The notes under the pieces were generated by a model. That model was given only the letters and a program-made list of their open reading frames with translations. It did no database searches and had not been told where the DNA came from. A program made the position numbers and the translations under genes. A DNA stretch of 64,000 bases from Octopus sinensis (taxonomy: Eukaryota): positions 5,518,001-5,582,000 of the forward strand of contig NC_043010.1 in NCBI RefSeq assembly GCF_006345805.1, read 5' to 3'. Below, in pieces: positions 36,062 to 49,922 of the stretch. Position 1 is the stretch's first letter; every line of letters starts with the position of its first letter.

Positions 36062-36098
<37 letters not shown>

Positions 36099-36167
36099 CT
36101 ATGTGTATGTATGTATGTATGTATATGTATATAATTTTATATAAACAAACATGCATATGTATATATA

Positions 36168-36202
<35 letters not shown>

Positions 36203-36518
36203 CATATATATACATATGTGTTTTCTATATATATATCATGAAAGAGAGAGTGTGGGGAGAACAGCTAGAACATAGAAAACCCCACTGTGGCAGAAGGAGG
36301 AGGATAGAAAGCAGCAGCCAAGAAGGACAGATGGAAGAGACATCATTTAGATTTACTACTGCCACCACCTGCTACATAATGTAGGGTAACTGGTGCAGTT
36401 GTCAAGGGTGTAGGGATAGAAAGTATTATATTAGGGGATAGTTTTACAAGGGTGTATATTTGTTTATATATTTGCATATATATGAATATACATATATATT
36501 ATATATATACAAATATAC

Positions 36519-36560
<42 letters not shown>

Positions 36561-36576
36561 TAATTATGAGAGATAA

Positions 36577-36611
<35 letters not shown>

Positions 36612-37354
36612 GAGAAAGAGAAAGGGACAAACAGGGAAAAAGAGAAGTAGAGAGAGAGAGAGGGAGAAAGAGATGAAATGTAGGTCAGAGCTGATATATT
36701 AGCTCCCACAGCTAATTTCACATGTGTTCATGTGAGAACTGTTATGCTTGATATGTTTACATGGGCTCAGACATACACATATGCTCATATATATATATAT
36801 ACAAATACATCTATGTACCCAAGTGATTACTTTCCATGTGTGTATATTTAACTATGTGTATGTATATGTCAAGTTCTATGCCGTGTGTGTGTGTGTGTGT
36901 GTACATGAATGCATATGTACGTGCATATTATTTTTTGTATGTGTGTGTGTAAGTGTGTAAATATCAAAGTATAACCCTGGAGCCCAAGAGACACAGACAA
37001 ATGGTAGTTGGTCTGCAGTAGTCAGTTCAATAAAGTTCACAAACTGGAATAAAGTTCACAGAAATGGAATAAAGTTCACGTCGCCTGAAGAGAAGTGTTA
37101 TCTGACGTTTTCTCAGGATTTCCAGTGGAGTTCTTCCTTAGAAGAGAAAAGCAATGAAAGGATAAAAGGTTATATGTTTTTAATATGTAAGAAATCAATA
37201 TGATATATATACACATATATATATATATGTGAGTGTACATATATATATATATAAATATTATATAATATAATATTATATATATATGTGTGTGTGTGTATAT
37301 ATATTTATATATTTATATATATTATATCTATAGGTATATATATATATGTATATC

Positions 37355-37391
<37 letters not shown>

Positions 37392-37425
37392 ATATATGTA
37401 TGTATATATATATAATATATGTATG

Positions 37426-37473
<48 letters not shown>

Positions 37474-38339
37474 ATGGTCCATATCACCATGCCATACCAT
37501 TCTTAAGATACAAATGTAGGTACAATGAAAAATCTAAAAAACTCAGGAATACATAAAAAAAACAACCAAGCAACCCACACACACACACACCTACACACAT
37601 ACATTTATAAGCACTATGATAGCATATCCCTATAGATATAAAATGTCAGTAGTCAAATATTAAGATGTGCTCCTAAATTGTTTTCATCCATAGAAGAAGC
37701 TTTAAATATAGAAATCTTATGATGAGAGAAACAAATGATATTTAATAACGGATGCTCAATATGTTAGTAGCCTATGCTATGGAACACCACAAGAAGTAAT
37801 TCAGTCCTACAGATATAGTAGATACAATATGTAGTAAGTGTACACAAGCCACACATAGGCAATACATATAGCAAAATAATTATCTTTTCTATTATAGACA
37901 CAAGGTTAGAAATTCTGGGTGAGATGTTAGGTCAGTTGCTTCAACTACAGTGCTTAGCATTGTTTTATTTTATCAACCTTCAAAAGATGTAAGGCAAAGT
38001 CAACCTCAGCAGCATTTGAACTCTGAATGTAAGGGCAAAAGAAATGTCGCTAAATATTTCATCTATTGTTCAAATGATTCAACTAGCGCTTATTACCTCC
38101 TAGTATGATGATAATGGTGATGATAATTATGATAATAATTTCAAATTTTAGTTCAAGGCCAGCAAGTTCAGGAGATGGGCTAAGTAGATTACATTGACCC
38201 AAGTGATCAAATGGTACTTATTTCAACAACCTTGAGTGGCAAAATCCACCTCGGCAGAATTTGAACTCAGAATTTGAACTGGTGGTGGTGGTGGTGGTGG
38301 TGGTGGTGGTGGTGGTGGTGGTGGTGGTGGTGGTGGTGG

Positions 38340-38380
<41 letters not shown>

Positions 38381-39171
38381 GTCATGATGATGATGATGAC
38401 AATGACGACAAAGATTCTCAACACTTGCTCATCTATTGGCTATGCATTTACAAGAAAGACACAATAGCAGTATATGATATTATGGTACACAGTGCAAAAA
38501 TAAATAGAGAAACTTCACTTGATAGTATTACTATTTCAACAGAAAAAAGCAAGATGATGAATGAGGGAAGCTGTTCTGATAACAAAAATACAAACCAAAA
38601 ATGAAATCAATACCCAGATACAGAAATAATAGTTAAACAATTTTAAATCCAATAGTGATTTTTTTTTTAATAACAGTATTCCCAAGATCCTTTGTTGCCT
38701 ACTGCAAACTGCACCAACCATATGCTACTACTCTCGTATCATTTAGTTAATGAAATTGAGAAAGAAAGTATTAAAGGATTAGGGGTGTTCCTGTTCCTGT
38801 TCCAAAATAAATATGAGACCAATTAGGAAATATGAAACTTCTTGACAAAAATATTATACTCAAACATATGTAGCTTCCAAGTTCCACACACATACACTTA
38901 CATGTATATATGTATGTGTATATGTGTATACATCACATACATGAACATGCATACACACACACATGGGCATACAGAACACACATGCCCACATATACCGTAT
39001 TATTATTGTTGCAAAAAAATGGTCAAAACTAGGCGCAGAATGAGGACCAGTTTCCTCTTATAGTTCTCCACAGACTGGCTGCAGACAGTCATCCAAAGAA
39101 ATCCATTCTCATTCAGGTTTTCTTTTTGCTAACAACTATACATAACATTACAGCAATCATTACAGTAACAT

Positions 39172-39562
39172 AGGTGCAGGAGTGGCTGTGTGGTAAGTAG
39201 CTTGTTTACCAACCACATGGTTCCGGGTTCAGTCCCACTGCGTGGCACCTTGGGCAAGTGTCTTCTACTATAGCCCCGGGCCGACCAATGCCTTGTGAGT
39301 GGATTTGGTAGACAGAAACTGAAAGAAGCCCGTCGTATATATGTATGCGTGTGTGTGTTTGTGTATCTGTATTTGTCCCCCTAGCATTGCTTGACAACTG
39401 ATGCTGGTGTGTTTATGTCCCCGTTACTTAGCGGTTCGGCAAAAGAGACCGATAAAATAAGTACTGGGCTTACGAAAGAATAAGTCCCGGGGTCGAGTTG
39501 CTCGATTAAAGGCGGTGCTCCAGCATGGCCGTAGTCAAATGACTGAAACAAGTAAAAGAGTA
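39172..39562 (+). mobile_element. SINE family A, full length
   Basis: Head GGTGCAGGAGTGGCTGTGTGG through tail GACTGAAACAAGTAAAAGAG. Confidence 0.9.
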
Positions 39563-39840
39563 ACTAACAACTATACCGTTCACCTATCAACCAAGATACA
39601 AACCACAGCTTCATTTGACTTACAGAGTTCAAATTTAAAATGAGAAGAAATGCAGAAATTACTGTTCCAGGCCATCACAGCTCAAACTGCTACCATAAGC
39701 CAATAGTACTGACTTTTACCAGCCAATGTAGCTTACAATTGGACAGCCTTCGTGTATTGCGAAAACAGAATCTTTAGTTGAAAGGGACTTTTCATATGGA
39801 TGATCTCAACAACAGATTCATGTTTAGCTCAGCAATTTAC

Positions 39841-39940
39841 CTGAATAATTTATTGCTATGGGTGTTCAACCAAAGCAGTAAATTATTTCTGCCAATTGTC
39901 GTAAAAACTACATTGATTTTCTTTGCTTTTTCATGCGGCT
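39841..39940 (-). other. Candidate 100 bp exon on the protocadherin strand
   Basis: Minus strand TTTCCTCTTTTCAG| at 39941-39954 and CAG|GTAAAT at 39835-39843, in non-repetitive sequence. One frame is open (PHEKAKKINVVFTTIGRNNLLLWLNTHSNKLF). Could be chance. Confidence 0.3.
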
Positions 39941-40483
39941 CTGAAAAGAGGAAACTGTGATTCACATATATATACTCCGTATAACGCTTTTTCTATATAC
40001 CCAACCACTTAATAAACATCGATACACAAATACACACATATACATAGAAACACTCACACACACACATATTTCACTGTACTCTTTCTATTGCAATTGTTAT
40101 ATGTATGCATGCATATATGTATACATGTGTATGTGTATGTACCCTGCACATACACATACATTGTGAGGTTATACATAAATACCGACTGAACCACACCTAC
40201 ATATGAACAGAATCAAACATAAATACTAAAGTATGTACAACATTATAGGTATTTGAATTTTTATCTTTAATTCAGTTGCATTTACTTACAAACACACACA
40301 CACACACACACGCATGTGCGCGCGCGCGATTGCATTCACATGCATATTTCTATTTCGAACACACACATGGAATAATGTCTCTAAAATTATTAGCTTAATC
40401 ATTACAGGCAATTACATGCAGTATAACACAAATGCACACACACTTAAACAAACATATATACACACACATACACACATATACCA

Positions 40484-40525
<42 letters not shown>

Positions 40526-40529
40526 ATAT

Positions 40530-40564
<35 letters not shown>

Positions 40565-41479
40565 TATACATATATAATGTGTGTACATACATATGTGTGT
40601 GTATGTAAAGGACATAAGGAGTTTTCATCAGGATGACTCAAACTTGCACAGTATATATCTAATAAAAACCTGTCTGTCTTTTCTCTTACCAGAATGTATT
40701 ATTTATTCCACGTCTCAGTATTTCCACATCTTTGGAACAGCTAGCATTCATTTCCCCTCAGTATGGAGTACTACATAACCATTCTTTCATTCCACTCATC
40801 ATGCTGGACTGCCTAACCATCCTTTCTGATCATGGGTTTACCTAAAGAAGACATGATCTAACTGGATTTAATTGGACCCTCTCACTCTCATGGACATAAT
40901 GAACCACAACAAATATCAATGATGAAGAACTTTCTTCCACTGTCTAACCTATATCTTGCCAATGATGGAATGACCAATTTACAGACTTCTCTTGATATGA
41001 TGCTCTAATAGCTAGGATATCCCTGAAACAGCTGTCAGAGATTATTTTTTACTATTTTTTTCCATTCATTATGTAGCTAAATTAAATTGAATTAAATTAA
41101 ATTAGATGTCCTTGTCATGCCTTGCCTAATTGTTTGCCTTTCTTCAATACTTTAAGCTATATATATACATATATGTATTTATGTATGTGTATATATGTAT
41201 ATATATGTGTGTGTGTAGATATTTATATATACAGACACATGCACACATATATGTATGTATATTTATATGTGGGTATGCATATGGTATTTATGCAAACACA
41301 TTAAACCTGATATGTAAACTGGGCAGTCCAGTATCAAAACAGTAGCCATTTACCGAAGTATTATATCATTATACACCAGATTGCATACATTAAGTTGACA
41401 TATTTACTATGAATTTTAAACTTTGTCAGATAACAAATTTACTTGGTGATAAACAAATAACTTAAATGTGATTTGGCCA

Positions 41480-41880
41480 AAGATTGGACCAGGCCATGTG
41501 TAACTTAATAGCCCCACCTGCTAGGATCTGTTTAGTCATTTTAAATCAATTTGTACTGTATCATTACCCGTTCAAGTAGGAAGTTGTTGAGTAAGATGTA
41601 TCCAGGTGTAAATGGCTTATCTAGCATCCTCTGAAGAAATATCCAGGTGTAAATGGCTTATCTGGCATTCTCTGAAGAAACTTGTCCAGGTCTCGTTTGA
41701 AGGTGATGGTATCATGTTCTTTGATTTGTTTTAGAATAATAGTTAAAAAAAGCAAGGTCTGTTGAGGAAAAGAAATTGTGTTGCAGTGAATTTATGTGTT
41801 ATGGTTCTGAATTGTGTAGGGGGCACATGATATGTAGTCTCAGCCTTGGGGACATCATGAAATAAAACCATAGATACTGT
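41480..41880 (-). mobile_element. CR1/L2-group LINE 3' fragment with a ~40 bp tandem duplication
   Basis: Minus-strand HNFFSS..HDTITFKRDLDKFLQRMPDKPFTPGY. ATCCAGGTGTAAATGGCTTATCT..CTCTGAAGAAA duplicated at ~41599 and ~41641. Confidence 0.7.
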
Positions 41881-42013
41881 GTTTGTAAGTTAATTATAAT
41901 TCTTGGTGTATTTTCCAGCTGGTGTAAAAGAGGATGATAGCTTGAAGGAAGTCACAAGAAAAATAAGAAAAGAGGCACAAATTAGAGAAAAGAAAGAATG
42001 GCTCATGCATTGC

Positions 42014-42428
42014 CTTTGTGTCCGATGGCATCACTTTGTCTCCAACAATTCGGTGCAACACAGTGCAGAATCACCTCCCTCCAACAAGTCATCCTAACGA
42101 GACGTCTGCGTTGGCTGGGTCATGCCCTCCGTCGTCAACCAGGAGAATTCATCTACGAAGCAATTGCCCCAGCTCCCCTTTCAGGGTTGGCAAAAGTGAT
42201 GTGGTGGACAACGATAAACCTGGTTGATGACAGTCAAGGCTGATCTGGAACCCAACCTAGGCCCCCATATCTATGGCGTTCGCCGCTGGAATAAGGAGTG
42301 GTTGGAGATCACGCGGCCGTTAGCCTCAAATCGCCAGGCCTGGTCAGCGTTTGTGAGAGATGCAAAATTGAGGATGAATGAAGCCAGCACAACCCACCCC
42401 GGGTGAATGCTGTCAAGTCAAGTCAAGT
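42014..42428 (+). mobile_element. 5'-truncated RTE-clade LINE with (CAAGT)n tail and 12 bp TSD
   Basis: RRLRWLGHALRR..TVKADLEP..RRWNKEWLE..NRQAWSAFVRD. CTCATGCATTGC (42002-42013) and CTCATGCACTGC (42429-42440). Confidence 0.9.
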
Positions 42429-43034
42429 CTCATGCACTGCAGGGCAGACAGAAGATGGCACATATTGTTCAAGCGCCAGTCCTGGATATTGGATATACAA
42501 GTATGACATTGTCCCTTTGACTAATCATGCTTATTCGGCATATTCAACAAGAAGCCTTTTACAGGAGCTTACAACAGTCACCGCTTTATTCTGATAACAA
42601 GGCTGTGGAAGTTTGGAAATGCTATTTGGGTTAGAAACATTTCTTACAAACTACACATTAAATGTGAATAAAAGAAAAAAATTTGAAAAAAGAAAAATCA
42701 TTAATAGGAAGATTAAACTCAAACACAAGTCAGCCTTTCAATATGTAAACTGTTTGAAAGAAAAGCTGCTCACAACATACACAAACCTTCTACCCATCTA
42801 CCTCACGCCTCTCTTTCTCTTTCTCTCACACACACACACACACACACATGGTCATGCACGCGCACACACACACACACACATGTACATATGCCTTGGAAGG
42901 TTTTGATATGTTTTTCTGAATGACTATTTAATGTTTGTTCATTTACAAACATTAAAGCTGAATGCATTCCATCCACATCAGCAAATATAAGTAAGTATAT
43001 ACAACCACTCCAACAACTACCCACACCCCTCCAC

Positions 43035-43071
<37 letters not shown>

Positions 43072-43360
43072 ATTCCACACACAACACACACACACACACA
43101 TATGTATATATACATGATTTGGTTTGTGCTTGCATGCATGTTTGAGTTTTGCTTATGACAACATGTCCATACATATTTATGCAACTGTATGCCGCTGTAT
43201 GTGAAGCTGTGTGTGTGTGTTTGAGTGTGTGTGTGTGGTGTGTATGTGTGTACAAGTGTTTTTGACAACAAGCTTCCTTGAAATCGAGATACTTGATTTG
43301 AGTTTCCTGTTCTGGAAATGCCTCACTTCAGTACTTTTTCAAGTAATACTGTTAGACAGC

Positions 43361-43600
43361 AGGGTGGCAAGCTGGCAGAATCGTTAGCACACAGGGTGAA
43401 ATCCTTAGTGGTATTTCGTCTGCCATTATGTTATGAGTTCAAATTCCACTTCAGTCGACTTTGAATTTCATCTTATCGGGGTCGATAAACTAAGTACCAG
43501 TTACGCACTGGGATCAATGTAATCGACACTTAATCCCTTTATCTGTCCTTGTTTGTCCCCTTTATGTTAAGCCCCTTGTGGGCAATAAAGAAATAAGAAT
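43361..43600 (+). mobile_element. Family B SINE with TSD
   Basis: TGTTAGAC(A/G)GC at 43350-43360 and 43601-43611. Confidence 0.85.
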
Positions 43601-43765
43601 TGTTAGACGGCCACTACTTCAGTGTTTGTTGCAATAATATACATAATTGCATACACATATATACATTTACACAAACACACACACTCATATGCACAAACAC
43701 ACAGACATATGTGTGAGTATATTTGTGTGTGTGTATGTATACTTACACACACAGGGTATCCCATA

Positions 43766-43966
43766 TACAGGGTATCCCATAAGTTACACACCATTCTGGT
43801 ATTCATTAAAAGTAATTAAAGCATTTTATTTTATATTTGTTCTGCATGTTTTATTGTAGAGGGTGCTTATTTGTTACGGTTAATTTCAATAAAGTGTTTT
43901 TGAAATAAATAAGGGTGTGTTCTTTTAAAAAAACCAGGATGGTGCACAACTCTGGGACACCCTGTA
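43766..43966. mobile_element. Tc1/mariner MITE, TA TSD
   Basis: TA|CAGGGTATCCCATAAGTTACACACCAT .. ATGGTGCACAACTCTGGGACACCCTG|TA. The left terminus is locally duplicated at 43751-43765. Confidence 0.8.
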
Positions 43967-43978
43967 TATATATATATG

Positions 43979-44012
<34 letters not shown>

Positions 44013-44671
44013 TATTATAATATATATATATATATATACATACTATATATATATATAGATATACCCTATATGTATACATATATATGCATATGTATATATA
44101 TATGTATATGTGTGTGTCTCTGTGTGTGTGTGTGTGTGTCTGTGTGTTTGTGTGTCTGTGTTTGTCTCCCCACCATCCCTTGATAACCGATGCTGGTGTG
44201 TTTACATCACTGTAACTTAGCAGTTCGAATAATACTAGGCTTACAAATAATAAGTCCTCGGGTCGATTTGTTTGACTAAAGGTGGTGCTCCAGCATGGCT
44301 GCAGTCAAATGACTGAAACAAATAAAAGAATATACTATTATGAACAGCCATATTTAACACAGTTCCATTTACATTCAGACATAGAAATGCAATATGCTGC
44401 ACAAGTTGTCTTCAGAAATTTTCCTTCTAGGTGATATGGATGTAAACACACCACTAGGCTATGAATGACATCACCAAACTATAGGTGCACGCTTTTCTGA
44501 TCAGTTACACTTCATCAGCTACGTATTAGAGTGGCAAATTAGTACATTTGCTGAATGTATGCATCCTACTTACCAAACCGGCTGGTTCTTCAACTGCCCA
44601 CAGAATGAAAACAATGCCTGTCAAACGGGCACATAAACTCAGGAGTGTAAACAGACAATGAATTAGATATC

Positions 44672-44904
44672 TATTTCTTTAATACCCACAAGGGGCCAAA
44701 CACAGAGGGGACAAACAAGGACAGACATAGGTATTAAGTCGATTACATCGACCCCAGTGTGTAACTGGTACTTAATTTATCGACCCCGAAAGGATGAAAG
44801 GCAAAGGCGACCTCGGCGGAATTTGAACTCAGAACGTAACGGCAGACGAAATACCGGTAAGCATTTCGCCCAGCATGCTAACGTTTCTGCCAGCTTGCCG
44901 CCTT
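44672..44904 (-). mobile_element. Full-length family B SINE with 13 bp TSD
   Basis: TGAATTAGATATC at 44659-44671 and 44905-44917. Confidence 0.95.
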
Positions 44905-45320
44905 TGAATTAGATATCGTCATTGTTTCAACACATGCTGACATGTGTTGCAAGGTTTCACCAAGAACTGGCAAACTGCAAAGCTGAACCAGATTCCAGTC
45001 AGATTCAACTTAGTTTCTATGACTGGATGCTCTTCCTAATATCTTAGAAACTCCCAGTTGGTGCCCAAAGGTACATTTGGATTACCTAGGTAGTTTGTAC
45101 TATAAGCTATGTGGAAGGCAACTAACCCAGAATGTATTGAACTCTCATAGAAAGTCCTGAGCTATGTTTATCATTGAGTCTGTGGCACACATTTGTACCA
45201 ACTTGCTGCAATTGGCATTTCCAAAAAGTGTGTTTCACCCTACAAAAGCCTTCACCACTGAAAACAAATCATCTTCTGGATAGCCTGATAGCTTAGTATT
45301 GGCTGTTAGACCCTCAAACA

Positions 45321-45549
45321 TTAACCCTTTCATTACTGTATTTATTTTGAGATGCTCTGTGTTTCTTTCAATTACTTTAAATATAACAAAGAATTTAGTA
45401 AAATAACTTAGTTATCATGAAACTAGTTTTAAGAACTTAAATTGTGACTAAGGTTTGGTGGAAGATTTTAATTCAAAATTTATGAAAACAAGACATTTGT
45501 ACTACAGAGCCAGAGCCGGTTTCATCCGGGTTGGTAACGAAAGGGTTAA
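45321..45549. mobile_element. piggyBac-type MITE
   Basis: TTAA|CCCTTTCATTAC .. GTAACGAAAGGG|TTAA. Confidence 0.9.
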
Positions 45550-45687
45550 AGTAAAAAGAAGAATTTTCTACATATACAAGGAAATTAAAGGAAGGAAACA
45601 AGCTTGAAATCAAAATCATCCGGAGCTTACATACAAAATATATTGCTGTGACCAAATTTAAACATATCAGTTGCAATTAGGGATCAC

Positions 45688-45724
<37 letters not shown>

Positions 45725-45996
45725 TAACATGTGTCTGTATGTGTGCTTGTCTGTGTGCATCTGTATGTAAACATGTGTTTGTGTGTGTGCGTGTATGTAT
45801 GTAAATGTGTGTGTATGAATATTTGTGTATGTGTGTGTGTGTATGTGTGTGCGCGCGTGTGTGTGTGTGTGTGTGCATGTGTATGTGTGTGTGTGTGTGT
45901 ATGTATATAAATGTGTGTGTATGAATATTTGTGTATGTGTGTGTGTGTATGAATATTTGTGTATATGTGTGTGTATGTGTGTGTGTATGAATATTT

Positions 45997-46036
<40 letters not shown>

Positions 46037-47064
46037 ACGCATATAATGACAAATACATGTTGCATCTGTTGGCTAGTGGCCCTGGGCAGCCCTGGTATTA
46101 AGGTGGAAGGGGCAGAAACGTTTACAGAGCTGCTTCGCCCACTCAGGAGATTCCGTGATGGAGCACAGCAGTATTCTAAACACACAAATATTTACCCTAA
46201 GCATATTCTTTAAACTTCTTTAATTTTGTTTATTGCAAAATATCACCATTTCAGCCAAAAACACAAATTCATGCAGACTAAAGCACTGAGAACTCATCTC
46301 TCACAACCACCAGGCTATTGACCTCTCATGAAACCCTCAGCAGGTTGTGACATCTTGAGAATGTAAAAGCCCTGTCATAATTTACATGTCTGTGAGATTT
46401 GATATCAGCTTCAGCACTGGCCAGCTGATTTCTAAAATGCATTGATACAGCTTTCTAAAATTAATCCCTATTCCTATATACATACAATCTTTCTAAATAA
46501 ACTGACTCTGAAAAATAAATATTTGCTTATGTGTGACTATATAAAAGAGCCTAGTTTTTAACCTTGTTTATAAACCTGTTGCAAAATAGCGATATTTGGG
46601 TTGTACTTCCACTAGATAAGAAGCCAACAGCTTTGAAAAATAATACCACAGTTATCACCTGTTGAATTTCGAAAGAAATTTTAAGGCTCTAACATAACCT
46701 TAATGTTATTATCTTAAAGTTTATAAATGGAGATATTATAGTGCTTTAAGTACTATAGATCAGAAATGCATTTAATGAAGCATGACTTCAACCAACAGGC
46801 AAAGAAATAAGAGGGCTTAGTGCAAAAAGAGGTGAAAATGTAAGCAAAATAAACCGTAGGTCTTAGATAAACAAGATAAAGATGCCTTATGTTTCATTTT
46901 GCAAGTTATCCAGTTTTATGAAATATTTTATCTATCAATATAAATAAATATACTTATATAAATATACTTCAAGGTGGTGCTCCAGCATGGCCGCAGTCAA
47001 ATGAATGGAACAAGTAAAGGAAATAAAAAAAATAAAATATACTATCCTCCCACCCAGACATATA

Positions 47065-48296
47065 TACGAGGTGGTATCAAAAAGTTCCTGGACTACTTCT
47101 AGTGCGCCAACAGATGGCAGCACACAGTTGCGTGAGCAGTGACCTTCGTGAAGCAGTGTGCTGAGTGACATTGCGGTGTTTCCTTCGCAAGTTGTGAAAT
47201 TTGTGTTTTTGTGATCACGTGTATGTTGTAGTCTGTGATTTTGTCATGGACAGGAAGGTGGAACAAAGAGCCAATGTGAAATTTTATGTTAAACTTAAGA
47301 AGTCTTTTACAGAGACATTGAGCATGCTTCAGCAAGCTTACAACGATGAGGCATTGGTTCATATGCAATATTTTGAGTGGCATGGGTGCTTCATCATCAT
47401 CATCATCGTTTAACGTCCGCTTTCCATGCTAGCATGGGTTGGATGATTTTGACTGAGGGCTGGTGAACCAGATGGCTGCACCAGGCTCCAATCTTGATCT
47501 GGCAGAGTTTCTACAGCTGGATGCTCTTCCTAACACCAACCACTCTGAGAGTGTGGTGAGTGCTTTTTACGTGCCACCAGCATGGGGGCCAGTCAGGCAG
47601 TACTGGCAACGACCTCACTCGAATCGTTTTACACATGCCACCGGCACAGGGGCCAGTAAGGTGACTTTGGTAACGATCACGCTCGAATGGTGCCCTTTTA
47701 CATGCCACTGGCTCAGAAGCCAGTTGGCTGCTCTGGCAACGATCACGCTTGAATGGTGCCTTTGGCACCCTACTAGCACGGGCACAAGTGCCAGTAAGGC
47801 GACACTGGTAAACGTCCCTGGAAGATGATGAGCAATCTGAAAGACCTGCCATGAGCATCACCTCCAGAAATGTGGAAAGAGTTCATGAGCTTGTACATGA
47901 TGATCGCTGGAGAACAATCAACAATGTTATTGGTCTGTTGAATGGGTCCATGCAGGTAATCCTAACGTCTGAATTGAACATGCAGTGAGTCTATGCCACG
48001 TTTGTCGTCCCCTGCTCGCTGACCACTGAGCAGAAAGAACATTGCATCAGAATCCGTCAAGACCTCCATCGGCGTGCCACTGATGACCCATCCTTCATGT
48101 TGAGGATAATCACTGGTGATGAGAGTTGGTTCTATATGTATGAGCCTGATATGATGTAGCAGTCATCGTAAGGGAAGAAACCTTCATCTCCATGACTAAA
48201 GAAAGCATGACAGTGCAGTAGCACAATCAAGAGTATGCTTATGGTTTTTTCGTTTTTTTTGGGGGGTTGGCCTCTGAGTAAGCTTTTGACAAAATT
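47065..48296 (+). mobile_element. Mariner element, 5' two-thirds of a decayed transposase, interrupted by a family C insertion
   Basis: TA|CGAGGTGGTATCAAAAAGTTCC TIR; MDRKVEQRANVKF..EWHGCF, SLEDDEQSERP, IITGDESWFY (first catalytic D). Multiple stops. Confidence 0.9.
47392..47812 (-). mobile_element. Family C retroposon with 3-4 copies of a ~66 bp internal unit
   Basis: (CAT)n tail at the left end; repeated GCCAC..GCCAGT..GGCAACGATCACGCTCGAATGGTGCC. Confidence 0.85.
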
Positions 48297-48417
48297 CTAT
48301 CGGTTTCTTTTTGCCGAACCCCTAAGTTACAGGAATGTAAACACACCGGCATCGGTATTCAAGTGATATTGGGGAGACAAACACAGACACACAAACATAT
48401 ACACACACACACATATA

Positions 48418-48448
<31 letters not shown>

Positions 48449-48622
48449 CATACATATATACGATGGGCTTCTTTCAGTTTCAATCTACCAGATCCACTCA
48501 CAAGGCTTTGGTCGGCCCGAGGCTATAGTTGACGACACTTGCCCAAGGTGCCACGCTGTGGGACTGAACCCGAAACAATGTGGCTGGTAAGCAAGCTACT
48601 TACCACACAGCCACTCCTGCGC
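48297..48622 (-). mobile_element. SINE family A lacking its tail
   Basis: Reverse-complement family A head and body. Confidence 0.85.
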
Positions 48623-48624
48623 CT

Positions 48625-49462
48625 GACGGAAACATTTTTTAAACAGACAATGCTAATGGGTATTTTTTATTTTCTTATTGCCTTATTTCCTATTTCCCAG
48701 ATTGCCAGTCACTTGAGTGTTCAGGAGCAAGCTAAAATAGCAGCACATTATGAAGTGTGGAATTCCATTGTTTTGGTTCATGGAAAGGTAAACATGCAAC
48801 ACTATATCCAGAGACAATAGGAAGTTGTCATGCAAAGCTGATGACCACGGGCTCAGTGAACGATGCAAGAAGAGGTGGCCATCCAACCAAATCCTGATCA
48901 GCAGAGAACGTAGCAACAGAGCAGGAAATGTTTAATCACAGCCTGCAAAAAATCAACATATCAAGAAAGAATTGAATTTTCATCCGTGGAAACCCCATTA
49001 CATGCAGAAGCTAAAAGCTGAAGACTGTGATCACAGAACAGAAAACAAAAGCTTGTGCACTGGAGGACTTGAAGACACGGATTCAGAAAGTTCTCAACGA
49101 TATCCCAGACAACATCCTTCATCCCTGGCCGTTTGAGGAAACTGGCTGATGCCACCGGTGCTTAAGTTGACATATTACTCTTTTACTCTTTTACTCTTTT
49201 ACTTGTTTCAGTCATTTGACTGCAGCCAGGCTGGAGCACCACCTTTAATCGAGCATATCGACCCCGGGACTTATTCTTTTGTAAGCCTAGTACTTATTCT
49301 ATCGGTCTCTTTTTGCCGAACCGCTAAGTAACGGTTCGGCAAAAATATGAAGATTTACTTTCATTTTCTCATGTATCATTTGTTTCAATAGATTTGTAAA
49401 AGGAATATGGATTTGATTACCAATTCTTAATGCTTACTTACTTTTTTTTTTCACCTTCCCTG
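48625..49462 (+). mobile_element. Second deleted IS630-Tc1-mariner relic (HP(W/Y)K type)
   Basis: LSVQEQAKIAAHYEVWNS..KLMTTGSVNDARRGGHP..FHPWKPHYMQKLKAEDCDHR..LKTRIQKVLNDIP. Right end CCCTG|TA. SINE A tail inserted at ~49175-49345. Confidence 0.7.
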
Positions 49463-49508
49463 TATATCAGCAGTATCATTGCTTAAAAGCCATGTTCCAT
49501 GCTTTGTA

Positions 49509-49922
49509 TTACTCTTTTACTCTTTTACTTGTTTCCATCATTTGACTGCGGCCTTGCTGGAGTACCGCCTTTAGTCCAGCAAATCGACCCCAGGACTTAT
49601 TCTTTGTAAGCCTAGTACTTATTCTATCGGTCTCTTTTGCCGAACCGCTAAGTTACGGGGGTGCATAAACACACCAGCATCGGTTATCAAGCGATGTTGG
49701 GGGAACAAACACAGATACACAAACACACACACATATATATACATATATACATATATACAACAGGCTTCTTTTCAGTTTCCGTCTACCAAATTCACTCACA
49801 AGGCTTTGGTCGGCCCGAGGCTATAGTAGAAGACACTTGCCCAAGGTGCCATGCAGTGGGACTGAATCCAGAACCATGTGATTGGTAAGCAAGCTACTTA
49901 CCACACAGCCACTCCTGCGCCT
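49509..49922 (-). mobile_element. SINE family A, full length
   Basis: Reverse-complement family A body. Confidence 0.9.
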
